From NCBI GenBank assembly GCA_964493715.1, contig CAZBPC010000023.1:1-40244 (forward strand): 40,244 nt of DNA, given 5' to 3'. The DNA comes from an uncultured archaeon (GTDB lineage: Archaea > Asgardarchaeota > Lokiarchaeia > Sigyniarchaeales > SOKP01). Numbering within the stretch: position 1 is the stretch's first letter; every line of letters begins with the position of its first letter. The notes below the pieces were generated by a model, which was given only the letters and a program-made list of their open reading frames with translations, was not told the origin of the DNA and made no database searches. Of the stretch, positions 38,555 through 40,244 are shown piece by piece. Made by a program: the position numbers and the translations under genes.

Positions 38555-38713
38555 TCATTCTTCTCTTGATGTTGTTATTATGTATGCTAATATTATAATC
38601 ATCAATGTAACTCCCATAAGAACAATGAGGAAATTAAAAGTATCTTGTTCTGGAGTTTGAAAGATAAATAACAAAACTAATGTGATAAAGCTAAAAAATT
38701 TCATAACTATCAT
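38555..38713 (-). CDS. Possible small two-TM membrane protein (52 aa)
   Basis: Translated by hand: MIVMKFFSFITLVLLFIFQTPEQDTFNFLIVLMGVTLMIIILAYIITTSREE; its stop abuts the ychF stop. Confidence 0.4.
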   Translation of the reverse strand: MIVMKFFSFITLVLLFIFQTPEQDTFNFLIVLMGVTLMIIILAYIITTSREE

Positions 38714-38824
38714 TCATTTGATATATTGAGTTATTAAAATATTCTTATTTTAAATAATTTTCAGTAATAATAATAGTTAAAAAATCAGACATAATTTTTT
38801 AATTTGTTATCTAGAAAATTTAAG

Positions 38825-38925
38825 TGGACCTGACGGGAATTGAACCCGTGACCTCTTGAGTGCAAGTCTCACCTAATAAGCTATACGCTTAAATATCAAG
38901 CGATCTGCTACTGATCTACAGGCCC
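38825..38925 (-). tRNA. tRNA-Ala(TGC) with intron at about 32/33 (38866-38894)
   Basis: GGGCCTG/CAGGTCC acceptor with G3:U70, CTTGA-T^TTGCAC-TCAAG anticodon arm, ACGGG-TTCAATT-CCCGT T arm; lies downstream of 16S. Confidence 0.88.
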
Positions 38926-39062
38926 CCCTTAATTTATTAATATTAATCAAATAAGTGAAACTTCGATTATAAAAATTATTTTCTTTTTAACATATTAGAA
39001 GATAATAATAGAAAAAGAAAGTAAATTAAGAACTTTACTATATATCAAATTAAATAATAAAT

Positions 39063-40244
<1,182 letters not shown>

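Overview
AT-rich archaeal core-genome window, most likely from a Lokiarchaeia/Promethearchaeota (Asgard) chromosome. This is inferred from the archaeal 16S rRNA and information-processing genes together with eukaryotic-signature proteins (profilin, Rab/Ras-like small GTPase, tandem Roadblock, RING-like finger). It holds about 46 CDSs: aRF1, Get3/ArsA, the aIF2beta-DUF424-NMD3-Rio1-Dim2 cluster, FtsZ, TFB, RPA subunits, thermosome, MfnB, PyrH, ProC, YchF and others. Two conserved genes were missed by the ORF track, Rpo12 and aIF1/SUI1. There are six tRNAs carrying nine introns (eight at non-canonical positions) and the 3' part of a 16S rRNA gene followed by tRNA-Ala but no 23S. I found no mobile elements or CRISPR arrays. 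The main findings are: (i) the aIF1 gene has no ATG/GTG/TTG start and appears to begin at AUU, suggesting IF3/eIF1-style autoregulation of start-codon stringency in a region rich in non-AUG starts; (ii) a TtuA/Ncs6 paralogue lacking the catalytic motifs, resembling eukaryotic Ctu2; (iii) multi-intron tRNAs; (iv) a profilin with a C-terminal extension; (v) a near-identical internal OB-fold duplication in RPA.
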